A DNA stretch of 64,000 nucleotides from Candidatus Altimarinota bacterium (GCA_046314355.1 JBKBWQ010000001.1:1504001-1568000); one strand, 5' to 3'. Shown: positions 9,781-19,473, counted from the first letter of the stretch. Notes: generated from the letters alone by a model not told the origin. Numbers and translations: made by a program.

Positions 9781-10533
9781 TCACTCATATGATATGAGAA
9801 TTTTTTTCTCCATATTCTCATTTGTATTCCAGTTCCACGTATCAATCATATCTCCGCTGCTCCAGCCTGTTGTGTCTAAAATAATTTGAGTATTATAGGG
9901 AAGATGATGTACTGAGATCACCTTATTTTTTGATGCACTCATAATTTGATACATCACTGAACTAAACTCTCCTCTAGTTATCTCACGATTAGGATAAATT
10001 CTCTTACCGCCTGGCTCTGGAAGTATCCATCCCTGTGATTTTGCCTCTTTTACAAAATTTGCATACCATTTAGTGCATTTACTCGTACTTGTATGCTCAA
10101 TATCATATGTTTTAAACATCATTTTCAGTGCCTCAGCTTTGGTAATAGGTGCTTCAGGATGAAAGCTGCCGTCTTCGTATCCTGAAATGATACCATCGCT
10201 TGCAGCTGCATCGACATATGGTGCATACCAAGCATCGGTATCCATGTCGCTAAATCTCTTTTTTACATATGTTGCTGTATTCCAATTTTTTTCGCTATTG
10301 AGTGAAGTCATCAGCATCTTTACGGCTTCTGCACGCTTGACTGGCTGTGCTGGGCGAAAACTCCCATCAGGGTATCCATTGATTATATTATTCTCAGCAA
10401 GAAAGCGGATCGGTATATATGTACTATCAGCCTCTTGTACATCATAGAACTTGTAATTTGAATGAGCAGATGAAAAAGGTATATGGCTAAATGTAATAGC
10501 ACCTGCTATTAAGAGGGAGATTATCTTTTTCAT
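9781..10533 (-). CDS. Secreted S-layer homology (SLH) domain protein
   Basis: Signal peptide MKKIISLLIA; GYPDGSFRPAQPVKRAE, GYEDGSFHPEAPITKAE, YPNREITRGE. Confidence 0.9.
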   Translation of the reverse strand: MKKIISLLIAGAITFSHIPFSSAHSNYKFYDVQEADSTYIPIRFLAENNIINGYPDGSFRPAQPVKRAEAVKMLMTSLNSEKNWNTATYVKKRFSDMDTDAWYAPYVDAAASDGIISGYEDGSFHPEAPITKAEALKMMFKTYDIEHTSTSKCTKWYANFVKEAKSQGWILPEPGGKRIYPNREITRGEFSSVMYQIMSASKNKVISVHHLPYNTQIILDTTGWSSGDMIDTWNWNTNENMEKKILISYE

Positions 10534-10984
10534 GGAGGGAATGAAAGACAAATGTACAATAAATATTAAACCTAGTATGTGCTAACTTTTTGAATTTGTA
10601 AAAATATCATTGTTGACCCTTTAACGGACTTAAGTCCTTATTAAATTTGTAAGAAAAACAATTTTGACAATAAAATTTATAGGTGTATCGTTAAAATCAT
10701 AGTTAATTTTTAAGATATGCAGGGATTATGCTCTGACTATTTTTTCTTAAAGCATTTGTTAGAGTTCGTTTTGGATGCGTGCGGTATTTGATAGATTCTC
10801 ATAAAATTTGTAAAAGTGTATTTTAGGAGAAAAGTTTTTTAAAAAATAAAAATATACCATATAATTATATTTTGTAATGCGTTATTTGCTATTACTTTAT
10901 GACATTTTTGCTCCAAAAAATACCGTATCAGCTCTAGGGCTATATGACTATTGTAGAAAATTTTATATTCAAATTATATTATAT

Positions 10985-11018
10985 AAAAAAAAGCGCCGTA
11001 GGATCTACGACGCTTTTT
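10985..11018 (-). terminator. Intrinsic terminator after SLH gene
   Basis: A tract-GCGCCGTAG-GAT-CTACGACGC-T tract. Confidence 0.75.
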
Positions 11019-11027
11019 GCTGATTCT

Positions 11028-12125
11028 TTATTCTAAAGTGTAGATATATTCTCCTGGTTCTGCGATATCCTTATACTGATACATATAGTTTACATGATCC
11101 TGAGTATATTTGTTAAGCTCTGTTACAGAATTACTGATCATATTCCAGGCATTCATAAACTGAACGTGTCCAAAAAGAACATCAGGAAACCTCGTATTTA
11201 CTCCATTCTGAAGCGTTTCACTGACATTATATACGGGCCACCAGTTCCATCCTTGGTTCTGATCATAGGTTCGTGTATCGTAACCATATGAAGGAGAATT
11301 TTGAACTACTGGGGACTGAGGATATGTGGATGACACTTCTGCCTCTACGCGGCGGATCTGCTCAGGTGTAGGAGTGGCAGTTCCAATACTAGCACGGATC
11401 TCTGTCTCTCCGTAGATAGGAGGATTAGGTCTGATATCTGCGGGGATACTATACATATTACTCTCGCTCTCTTGGTCTGAAGTATAAGAAGGATTATTGC
11501 TGCTATCAAGATTGAGCATAAATCTATAAAGAAGTTCACTTGCCTCACCACGGGTAAGCGGCTTATCAGGACGTACATAATCTCTTTGAGGAAGTATATC
11601 TCTATTCTTTGCATAGACCATGTAAGGAAGATACCAAGATTGAAGAGATACATCTCTATAAGGACTCACTGTAGCGTCCACAGTACCAATATTGATATAA
11701 TGTGCCTTCACGAGCATTTTGATGAGTTCTGGAGAAGTAATGATCTGGCTAGGTCTAAACGTACCATCTGAGTATCCAGAAATAATACCCTGGCGAGTAC
11801 CCTCGATCAGATATGGAATATACCATGCATTTGGCTCCGTATCTCGAAATGTGTACTGTGCTTGGTAAGCCGCAGTACAGCATGGAGTACCAAGACTTCT
11901 CAGTACAATCTTAAGAGCCTCTACTCTATTGATTGGCTGATTTGGTCTAAATCTTCCATCAGGATATCCCTGCATTATTCCTTCAGCGATCAGATTATTG
12001 ATGGCACTGTAGTTGGGATGATTCGTAGGAACGTCGCTTGCTTCAAAGTTGTATGCCTCTACTGTGATAAGTGTACTTCCAAAGGTAACTGCAATAAGCA
12101 AGGCGGCAAATAATCTTTTTACCAT
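11028..12125 (-). CDS. Secreted SLH domain protein with unknown C-terminal region
   Basis: Signal peptide; GYPDGRFRPNQPINRVE, GYSDGTFRPSQIIT, RPDKPLTRGE. Confidence 0.9.
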   Translation of the reverse strand: MVKRLFAALLIAVTFGSTLITVEAYNFEASDVPTNHPNYSAINNLIAEGIMQGYPDGRFRPNQPINRVEALKIVLRSLGTPCCTAAYQAQYTFRDTEPNAWYIPYLIEGTRQGIISGYSDGTFRPSQIITSPELIKMLVKAHYINIGTVDATVSPYRDVSLQSWYLPYMVYAKNRDILPQRDYVRPDKPLTRGEASELLYRFMLNLDSSNNPSYTSDQESESNMYSIPADIRPNPPIYGETEIRASIGTATPTPEQIRRVEAEVSSTYPQSPVVQNSPSYGYDTRTYDQNQGWNWWPVYNVSETLQNGVNTRFPDVLFGHVQFMNAWNMISNSVTELNKYTQDHVNYMYQYKDIAEPGEYIYTLE

Positions 12126-12328
12126 ATACTAAAAGCTAAGGGACAAAAGTAATGTTATAGTAGAAAGAAGATGCGTTAATGTCAAATATAGCGGTTAATA
12201 TCAATTTGCTAAATAATATAAATATTTCTTAATAATATTTATTTACGCAAAAGTATAGGAACTGAGAAATGATTGCACGTGTTGTAGGATCAGATATACT
12301 CACTATATTATTCTTTCCCCATTACCCT

Positions 12329-12766
12329 ATGGATCTCGCTCTTGCCCTACAAAATGCTCACTGGCTTCAGGTCGTTGTTGCAACTATTATTACGTTTGCT
12401 CTTGGAAGCATCTGGTATTCTCCTATTCTCTTCATCAGACCATGGCTTGCGGGACAAGGGAAGACTCTTGAGGGAGTAAAAGCAGAAATGGCTAATGGAA
12501 AAAAGATGAGTCCAGCTCCTTTTATTATTTCTATTATATTAATATTCCTCTATACTCTTGGGTTAGATATATTCTTTAGTGGAACAGTACTAGTAGGAGC
12601 TATGGGAGCTCTCTGGGGAGCACTTATTGGTCTTCTATTCGGCGCTACGGCACTTGGGATTAATTACGCTTATGAGCAGAAGCCGCTTTCGTTTTTCTTT
12701 ATCAATGCAGGTTATCATGTGGCAGGATTTGCTATTGCAGGACTTGTACTGGGACTTTGGAGATAA
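12329..12766 (+). CDS. DUF1761-family membrane protein
   Basis: W..VVVATIITFALGSIWYSPILF..PW, INAGYH, four TM helices; start moved to ATG 12329 downstream of TTGCAC-16-TATACT. Confidence 0.85.
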   Translation: MDLALALQNAHWLQVVVATIITFALGSIWYSPILFIRPWLAGQGKTLEGVKAEMANGKKMSPAPFIISIILIFLYTLGLDIFFSGTVLVGAMGALWGALIGLLFGATALGINYAYEQKPLSFFFINAGYHVAGFAIAGLVLGLWR

Positions 12767-12771
12767 GTATT

Positions 12772-12809
12772 AAAAAACGCTGCCTCAGATGAGGCAGCGT
12801 TTTTTTTTT
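12772..12809. terminator. Bidirectional intrinsic terminator
   Basis: AAAAAACGCTGCCTCA-GA-TGAGGCAGCGTTTTTTTTTT between convergent genes. Confidence 0.9.
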
Positions 12810-12812
12810 GTA

Positions 12813-13877
12813 TTATCTGATCTTTGTAAAAGACTTCCCATCAATGGTACAAGTCGTCTTCATCTGCCCTGTCATCTCCTCTGTCTTCTTATCAAAGATT
12901 GCGCCATAGGAACACTCTCCTTTTTTAGTCAAAGTAAGGTCCTCTAGTGAAAGTGTATAGAGAGTAGACATACCGCCAGGTCCATCTCCAAAAGCTGACT
13001 CGATTTGGATACTATCCTCATTTATTATTAAAATCCTATTCCATGATTCATGACTCGTTGTTTCTGAATCCTTTACTTGCTGAAGAGTATTTGTCTCAGG
13101 TGTAAATTTAAATAATTTTCCTCTGACCATATAATCAGTTCCAGCAATGATGAATAAACTTTTGTTATCTGGAGAAATACAAATAGTTCTTATCCAGTCT
13201 GGAGTAATTTTTCCATAAAGCTTTAAAATGCCTTCTTTCCCAAGAGAAGGATTCTCTTTCAGCATTTTTGTCATAGCTTCGTCGCTCAAAATCGGCTCCT
13301 GAGCAAGTCTTGCTAAAAGATCATTATGCCATGCTTCTTGAGAGAAATGACCTGGGACATTACAATCACTATAGGCAGCTGTAGTCTTTTCTAAAGTGTT
13401 AAATGATGAATAGAGCGCTGGAAAATTAGTACTCTCACGTTCAGTATTGGTAAATACAATGATATTTCCATTATGTCGTATACGGAGTTCTTCCTTGTAG
13501 TTATTCTGTGTATCTTCCACATTTGTCAGCCATGCGTAAGCTCCTGAGAGGATAAAAGTCGTACTGCCTGTATCTAGAAATTTATCTTCCTCAGTGCTTG
13601 TATCTTTTTGTACGGAGAGGGAATACACCTTATCTTTAGTACTCGCAGAATAGAAATTCACAATACGGCTGCCGCTTCCGGATGTGTTTTCTTCCCATGT
13701 CCAAGTGTTGGGAAGTATAAGAGAAAAGTTATGATCAATGTCTGTATAGATTTTTTCTACTGTACTCGCGATATTAGTATTAGCAGTAGTAGCTGCATTT
13801 TGATTATTCTGATTCGTGTTTACGGGAGCGCAGGATACTAGAAAGAGAAGGAGAGCAGAGGTGAATAATTTTTTCAT
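12813..13877 (-). CDS. Putative lipoprotein (PsbP-like N-terminal region)
   Basis: MKKLFTSALLLFLVSC lipobox, N/T-rich linker, YTD..HNFSLILPNTW. Confidence 0.7.
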   Translation of the reverse strand: MKKLFTSALLLFLVSCAPVNTNQNNQNAATTANTNIASTVEKIYTDIDHNFSLILPNTWTWEENTSGSGSRIVNFYSASTKDKVYSLSVQKDTSTEEDKFLDTGSTTFILSGAYAWLTNVEDTQNNYKEELRIRHNGNIIVFTNTERESTNFPALYSSFNTLEKTTAAYSDCNVPGHFSQEAWHNDLLARLAQEPILSDEAMTKMLKENPSLGKEGILKLYGKITPDWIRTICISPDNKSLFIIAGTDYMVRGKLFKFTPETNTLQQVKDSETTSHESWNRILIINEDSIQIESAFGDGPGGMSTLYTLSLEDLTLTKKGECSYGAIFDKKTEEMTGQMKTTCTIDGKSFTKIR

Positions 13878-13966
13878 AAAAAGTGAAAGGGGATATATAG
13901 TAGTATAACGCAATCTGTAGTAGATGGTTACAGTATTTTAATATTAAAATACAATAAAAAATAATA

Positions 13967-14027
13967 TTGACAAATATTTTTAAAAGAGTATAAATCGCTG
14001 GTAAGTTATTTAGAAACAAAAAAGGAG
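13967..14027 (+). promoter_or_regulatory. Candidate sigma70 promoter plus Shine-Dalgarno
   Basis: TTGACA-16-TATAAA, then AAGGAG before ATG 14039. Confidence 0.6.
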
Positions 14028-14038
14028 AAAAAGCGCGT

Positions 14039-14797
14039 ATGCTAAATACAGCTTTAATAAAAGGTAGAGTATCAGGATTAATTCCTACAGCAGAACACGT
14101 AACTGCTTTATCGAACAGATTTATCGAACTCGATATTTCTGAAAAGCGCGGAGAAGAATTTCTGGAACTCTGGGATGACCAGAATAGTTACAGTTTAGCT
14201 CTTCCTGACTTTAAAAAACTTGTTGATAACGGCTACACAAAGGCTGAAATCAAAGGTTTACTCGATGAGGTAGCTTACATAGGAGGAAATGTAAAAATTC
14301 CTCTTGTAGTAGGTATGAAGATTTGGGAGATTTCTCTCAGAAATTCAAAAATTTTTTCAGATCTTATCAAAATTGCTTTAAGTACTAATGTACTAAAAAC
14401 AATTGAAGGAATTACTGAAGGTGAAGGCATCTTCAAAGAAGAAGCTGAAATCTTTGCTCAGGATACTCCTTGGGAAGATACAAAAGTATACTTTTCAGAA
14501 GATGTAGTAGCAGGATGGGAAACATTTATTAAAATTTTAGAAAAAGTTTTACTAGGTGAACCATCAATTCTTAAAGCAATACCTCTTCTAAAAGAAGCAG
14601 TGGCCGATGAGAACAAAAACTCTGCTGAAGAAGATGAAGAAGGAGCAGTGGATGAAGATGTTGTACCTGATATTTCAGGTGACGATGATGGTTCCATCTT
14701 AGAAGTTGTAGAAGATAATGATATACACGAAAGTGTTGATCACGATCATGAGGATGAAGATTCATCTGAATCCGAACTCCTCGATGAAGACGATTAA
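14039..14797 (+). CDS. Hypothetical protein with long acidic C-terminal tail
   Basis: 252 aa with own promoter, SD and terminator; last ~60 aa strongly D/E-rich. Confidence 0.8.
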   Translation: MLNTALIKGRVSGLIPTAEHVTALSNRFIELDISEKRGEEFLELWDDQNSYSLALPDFKKLVDNGYTKAEIKGLLDEVAYIGGNVKIPLVVGMKIWEISLRNSKIFSDLIKIALSTNVLKTIEGITEGEGIFKEEAEIFAQDTPWEDTKVYFSEDVVAGWETFIKILEKVLLGEPSILKAIPLLKEAVADENKNSAEEDEEGAVDEDVVPDISGDDDGSILEVVEDNDIHESVDHDHEDEDSSESELLDEDD

Positions 14798-14804
14798 AAT
14801 AATT

Positions 14805-14830
14805 AAAACACCCGTAAGGGTGTTTTTTTT
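14805..14830 (+). terminator. Intrinsic terminator
   Basis: AAAACACCC-GTAA-GGGTGTTTTTTTT. Confidence 0.85.
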
Positions 14831-14862
14831 GCATATAATTTTATATATCTTAAAAAATATAT

Positions 14863-14887
14863 AAAAAAGACGCATCAAGTGCGTCTT
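14863..14887 (-). terminator. Intrinsic terminator for minus-strand small gene
   Basis: AAAAAAGACGCA-TCAAG-TGCGTCTT. Confidence 0.75.
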
Positions 14888-14907
14888 GTAACTTTTCAGA
14901 TACGCAG

Positions 14908-15150
14908 TTATATGCCATCCTCAAAGTCATTTTTTACCTTCTTAGTTGTTTTGTTTTGAGTCTGATCAACTTCATCAGAATAAGTACTTTTCATTGCTTC
15001 GAGGTTTTCACCTTTTAACAATGCTTCAAATTTTGCTGCCTCCGGATGGGCTGCTGCTCTAGCTGCAAGTCTTTTTCCTGATGCTGCAAAATCTGATGTG
15101 CTTAATCCTGTATCGAATTCGTTGAATCCGGTAGTTTTTTTGTTTGCCAT
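14908..15150 (-). CDS. Small hypothetical protein
   Basis: 80 aa; TTGACT-16-TATAAC (15190-15217), AAGGAG SD and terminator. Confidence 0.8.
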   Translation of the reverse strand: MANKKTTGFNEFDTGLSTSDFAASGKRLAARAAAHPEAAKFEALLKGENLEAMKSTYSDEVDQTQNKTTKKVKNDFEDGI

Positions 15151-15329
15151 GGCTGGTGATTTCTCCTTGCCGAAAATGTTTACTACATGGTTATACTCAC
15201 AATTAATTTAGAGTCAATAGAATTTTGCTAAAAATGTAAAATATTGTTTTATAACAATCTATTTACTTTTTACCATAATTTAGTAGGATACGATGGAATA
15301 GAATGATATTTGACAAAAAGGAGGCCAAT

Positions 15330-17246
15330 ATGGCTATACAAGACAAAATAAATGAAATGATTCGTTCTCAGCAGAGAAAGGATCAGGGACTGCCGAATAT
15401 TTTTTCCACACTACTTTTAAGAGATAAAAGTAATTTGGAACTCATAGGGCAGAAAGGAGTACAGAAACTCATCAAGCAAATGTTAAAGTTCTATAAAGCT
15501 TTGACACATGCAGACGTTCTGCATGATGATGACCCGAAAAAAGAAGAGATTATTAAGTTTTACAAACTTGTAGTGTCTCTTGAGGAATACATAAAAGAGT
15601 TTTCTGAAAGAGAATGGGAAGTGGAATGGAAGAATTTTATTCTCCATGACGAATTTCTGGAACTACAAAAAAACTTTATTGCTCTGCAGTCTCGTTACCA
15701 CACTACTGAAGAAAGACTTAAAACTCTTTCTACTATGTCTGAAAAGGAAGTAGAAGAGCTCAAAGCTCAGGTTGAACATTTTTCAGTGATTATCGAAGAC
15801 TATAAAGGATTTTTCAATACTGTTCATGGACTGAATGAGAATGTTACATCAAAGGAATTAAAGAACATCTACATACTCACATATCCTTTCAAAAAAAGTG
15901 ATATACACATGGAAGAATTTGTACCTCAGCGTATAAAAGAAAGAGAAAAATCATTATTACATCTTCATAGCGTAAAAAAAACGCGAAGAGAAATTGATAA
16001 TACTATTCTCGATGCATTTAGCGATGTGGTTGAACAAACTCTTCTTCGTAAGGATGTGGAACTCTTAAGAAAGTACTTTCATTCAAAAAAGGATCTTACT
16101 GATGTGGATGAAGGAGCGATTTTCCTTGCAGGAGCACGAAAGCGAATAGTAGGGAAAATGAATGAGGAGGAATTGAGTAAAATGTTTCATACAATTTACA
16201 AAAAAACTTCTTCAAAGAACATCGAAGGAATCTATAGTTCCTTTCCGGTAAAATTAAAAACAATGATAAAGGAAATACATCAAATGCTTCCTTTAATGAA
16301 TAAATTTGATTTTCAAGGTAATCTGGAGATGTTTAAGAGCATGATTGATTACCTGCAATTTAGTAAAGGTCAGGCTAGGATGAATGAGATTGCTTCTCAT
16401 ACAACATATCTCACTCACCATGAGTTGGATATACCTTATCAGGAGATATTCGCAGTTATCGATCCTAAAAGCATCGATAATAAAGATGAACGTGCTTCTA
16501 AAGCCCGTGCAATAGGAGTATTCTTTAGTTTACTAAAGAATTTTATCTTTGTGGAACCTTCATTTTTGGAGGAGATTGATATCGATTTATTAAAATCCTT
16601 CTACTTTGGTTGTTTAATTGAGATGAAGGATAGAGGTTTTCTGTCGTATTTTCTCTTGAAAACTGCAAAACTTGATAAATTTATCGAGTGTTGCCCTGAT
16701 CTGGTTGTAAATGGCATAAGTCTTGATTTTCGACATGAAGAGAGCTTCTTGCCTGCACTCTATGATGCTGTAATGAACAAAACTGATAGTCTTTCAATGA
16801 TAAAGAAAGAATTGAAGTCTATTGTGAAAGCAATGGATCTAAAAGATCTTCTTACTTCCAAGGATATGAATCAGATTACACAAAGTATAGTTGAAAGACT
16901 TGAAAGTGTGTTCTCAGTTTCTGAGAGTTCAATTCCTAAACATATTTCATTGCAGGCCGGATGGTACTATCGCAAAGACATTATGCCTATTCTGGAAGAA
17001 GACAAAGGAGTCTTCAACGCAAGAATAAAGCTTATTGAAAATACAAATATACTAGGCTCTCTCTCATTGGAGAGAGCACTCATTCTATTCAAAGATACAG
17101 AACAGCAAAATTTGGATATTCTCTCACCTGAGTTAATATCTGCGATACAGCACGTGAAAGAAGGGGAGGTACTCATAGAGTACTCTCGCCGACAATACGG
17201 TGAGGACGGGATTCGCCCGGTCGGAATCGTATTAGGATATAATTAA
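15330..17246 (+). CDS. Large helical hypothetical protein
   Basis: Long ORF; AAGGAGG five nt before ATG 15330; coiled-coil-like N-terminal half; no motif recognised. Confidence 0.8.
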   Translation: MAIQDKINEMIRSQQRKDQGLPNIFSTLLLRDKSNLELIGQKGVQKLIKQMLKFYKALTHADVLHDDDPKKEEIIKFYKLVVSLEEYIKEFSEREWEVEWKNFILHDEFLELQKNFIALQSRYHTTEERLKTLSTMSEKEVEELKAQVEHFSVIIEDYKGFFNTVHGLNENVTSKELKNIYILTYPFKKSDIHMEEFVPQRIKEREKSLLHLHSVKKTRREIDNTILDAFSDVVEQTLLRKDVELLRKYFHSKKDLTDVDEGAIFLAGARKRIVGKMNEEELSKMFHTIYKKTSSKNIEGIYSSFPVKLKTMIKEIHQMLPLMNKFDFQGNLEMFKSMIDYLQFSKGQARMNEIASHTTYLTHHELDIPYQEIFAVIDPKSIDNKDERASKARAIGVFFSLLKNFIFVEPSFLEEIDIDLLKSFYFGCLIEMKDRGFLSYFLLKTAKLDKFIECCPDLVVNGISLDFRHEESFLPALYDAVMNKTDSLSMIKKELKSIVKAMDLKDLLTSKDMNQITQSIVERLESVFSVSESSIPKHISLQAGWYYRKDIMPILEEDKGVFNARIKLIENTNILGSLSLERALILFKDTEQQNLDILSPELISAIQHVKEGEVLIEYSRRQYGEDGIRPVGIVLGYN

Positions 17247-17248
17247 TT

Positions 17249-17278
17249 AAAAGAGAGCTCGAGGAGCTCTCTTTTTTT
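17249..17278. terminator. Bidirectional intrinsic terminator
   Basis: AAAAGAGAGCTC-GAG-GAGCTCTCTTTTTTT. Confidence 0.9.
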
Positions 17279-17279
17279 G

Positions 17280-18620
17280 TTATCTCTCTCTTCTCTTACA
17301 AAACACAAAACTCGTATAGTTCTCCGGATCATCATTGAGACCTTTATACGCAATTTCCAGCCCGTATTTATGTGCTGCTATTTCTGAAGCGATCACGGCT
17401 GTTCCTTCTTCAAAAGCTCCTTCCGCAAGCTCCCGTGCGCACATAGCGGTATCATAATCATCACTTAGATAATCACTTTTCAGATATGGAAATTTCTCTG
17501 CGAGCGTCTTTCTGCATTGTTTGATGGCTTGTGGGTGCGTAATTATTTTCTTTGCTTTTGTAATATCTTCGCCAGGTCTTACGAGGAGACACTGAGTAAG
17601 CTTCATATCATGTAGTTCTATAATTTCATGGGGATATTTACTCATGCTATGAATGCTTGGCAGTACCGTGCCGCTCCCGGAATTCTCTATGGCGAAGACT
17701 CCAAAGTCTATCTCACCTCTATTGAGTGCTTCGAGTACTGCTTCTGAGGTGATCAGAAAAGAAAGCTCTACATTTTTCAGGTTATATTTCTCGATGAGCT
17801 CAAGGGTTGCCTGATGATTGAAGCTGCCGTTTCCTCCCTGAATACCGATGATAGTACTTTTTCTCTCTTCCTTCATGCGGGTAAAGAGGTCGTGTTTAAG
17901 ATTTGTGAGGGAGAGCTCCATTCTGAGGAGTTCTGATCTTGCATTTTCATTGAATCTGAAAAGACCGTAGTAAAGGTCAAAACTATCGTTTACCGTGTTG
18001 TTTACAAGGGAAAGAAGCTGCTCGTATCCTTTTGTATTGATAGGTGTAGTCTTTAGATGAAGCTGAGAAAGCATTCGTCCTGTGGTATGCGTGATAAACT
18101 GTGATCCTGCTGCATACTCATCGTGTTTTTCGCAGCTCATAGGGACCATGGTACATCCCTCTTTTTCAAAAATTCCTAAAAATTCATCGCATATTTTTTC
18201 ATTGCGGATGCGTACTTTATCAAAGACAAAGGAGAGATCTTTCCAGGAGTTCTTGCCGGATTCAGGTCCAAACATTGGATGTGTGCAGAGAATATCACAT
18301 TCATTGGGAAGTATTCTTTTCAGAAATTCCTTTGGATAAGATTTTACTGAAAGGACATCGATGATGAGTTTATCTTTCAAAAGGTAAAGTGGCAGGGACT
18401 TTACGACTGGTTCTAGAGAGAGGATGCTTGTGGCGAGTATAACGGCGTCGAGGTTTTGTGCGCAGAGGTCTTCTGGAGATGTATAAAAGTTAGCTCCCAT
18501 TTCGAGGGCTTCCTTTGAGAAGTCTGTTCTATTTGTTGCGGAGACTTGGTGACCTTGTTTGAGGAAACGCTTGGCGAGGAATTGTCCGAAGTTTCCGAAG
18601 CCGATGATACCGATGTGCAT
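17280..18620 (-). CDS. tyrA: Fusion: plant-type arogenate/prephenate dehydrogenase (TyrA) plus prephenate dehydratase catalytic domain (no ACT, no chorismate mutase)
   Basis: IGIIGFGNFGQFLA, DVLSVK, DILCTHPMFGPES, HDEYAAGSQFITH, TPINTKGY, DSFDLYYGLF; then QGGNGSF, AIENSGSGTV, THPQAIKQC, DDPENYTSF. Start placed at ATG 18620. Confidence 0.88.
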   Translation of the reverse strand: MHIGIIGFGNFGQFLAKRFLKQGHQVSATNRTDFSKEALEMGANFYTSPEDLCAQNLDAVILATSILSLEPVVKSLPLYLLKDKLIIDVLSVKSYPKEFLKRILPNECDILCTHPMFGPESGKNSWKDLSFVFDKVRIRNEKICDEFLGIFEKEGCTMVPMSCEKHDEYAAGSQFITHTTGRMLSQLHLKTTPINTKGYEQLLSLVNNTVNDSFDLYYGLFRFNENARSELLRMELSLTNLKHDLFTRMKEERKSTIIGIQGGNGSFNHQATLELIEKYNLKNVELSFLITSEAVLEALNRGEIDFGVFAIENSGSGTVLPSIHSMSKYPHEIIELHDMKLTQCLLVRPGEDITKAKKIITHPQAIKQCRKTLAEKFPYLKSDYLSDDYDTAMCARELAEGAFEEGTAVIASEIAAHKYGLEIAYKGLNDDPENYTSFVFCKRRER

Positions 18621-18649
18621 AGAAGAAATAGTTTTGGTCAAAAGTCTTT

Positions 18650-18848
18650 CCACCTAGCCGGTGGGGGCTTTTCTTTTGTAACCAAAAGAAACAAAAGTTT
18701 TGGGGGAGGAGAAAAGCGTCTGGCAGAGGGAGTGACTTCGAGAAGTGATCAGACGCTTCTCCTTCCCCAAACCCCCTGGGACAGTGTGGTCTAGATGTTG
18801 CTCATGACGCGGGTGCAAGGCTCTTGAGGCGATGTGCCTGCGGCACAT
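18650..18848. other. GC-rich multi-hairpin element in the tyrA leader (repeat/MITE-like or structured RNA)
   Basis: Hairpins CCACC/GGTGG (18650-18664), TTTCTTTTG/CAAAAGAAA (18670-18691), long stem 18699-18771, ATGTGCC/GGCACAT (18832-18848). Confidence 0.55.
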
Positions 18849-18927
18849 GTCAGAAGGACGATTTTATTCTATTGAAATATACAGATAAATTAAATTGAGG
18901 CAAAGAAAAGAATGGAGAGTTATTCTT

Positions 18928-19473
18928 CTATTTCTTTTTTTGAATTACGTTTGAAAATTTCTGCAGCACATTCTTTGTAACGGATTGGATCTGTTTATTC
19001 GCTACTCCTTTTTTTAGTACTGTATGTACTTTTTCAGCGCCGGAGAGAATGTTTGCTATTTCTTCTTCTGTAGCGCCATGCATCTTAGCTTGTTCTACCA
19101 ATTCTTCAGTTTTCAGGGAGAAGTATTCTAATGATTTCTGATGGGATTTATTAAAGAAATCTGCAATATCTCCTAGAAATGGGACTGCACCTAAACCAAA
19201 ATCTACAGCTTGATGTTTTGTAATCTTCCACATATTTTTTGAGGATACCTTTGCGATCTTTGCTTCCGTCAGTAAATATGCTGTCGCAAGGGCTGCTACT
19301 GCTCCATCCCCAAGACCTGGAATAAGACCAAGTAATACGTCTATTCCTTTGTTGTCCATTACATCTGCAAAGATTTTTACCCGTTCTTCTGAGTTCTTTG
19401 CTTTTTTTAAATTTTGCAGGATCTGCTCCTTGTCAGATCGTGGTTTATCAATAGTGGAGTCGTTTATTTCCAT
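18928..19473 (-). CDS. DUF4112-family protein
   Basis: GIDVLLGLIPGLGD...DFGLGAVPFLGDIADFF. Confidence 0.8.
   Translation of the reverse strand: MEINDSTIDKPRSDKEQILQNLKKAKNSEERVKIFADVMDNKGIDVLLGLIPGLGDGAVAALATAYLLTEAKIAKVSSKNMWKITKHQAVDFGLGAVPFLGDIADFFNKSHQKSLEYFSLKTEELVEQAKMHGATEEEIANILSGAEKVHTVLKKGVANKQIQSVTKNVLQKFSNVIQKKK

Noticed and set aside
18654-18848. 64-aa minus-strand ORF as an attenuator leader peptide
   Set aside because: No run of Tyr/Phe codons; the ORF simply spans the GC-rich hairpins
18621-18860. T-box riboswitch upstream of tyrA
   Set aside because: Only AGGTGGAAAG is present, not GGTGGNACC, and no terminator/antiterminator pair or specifier stem was recognisable
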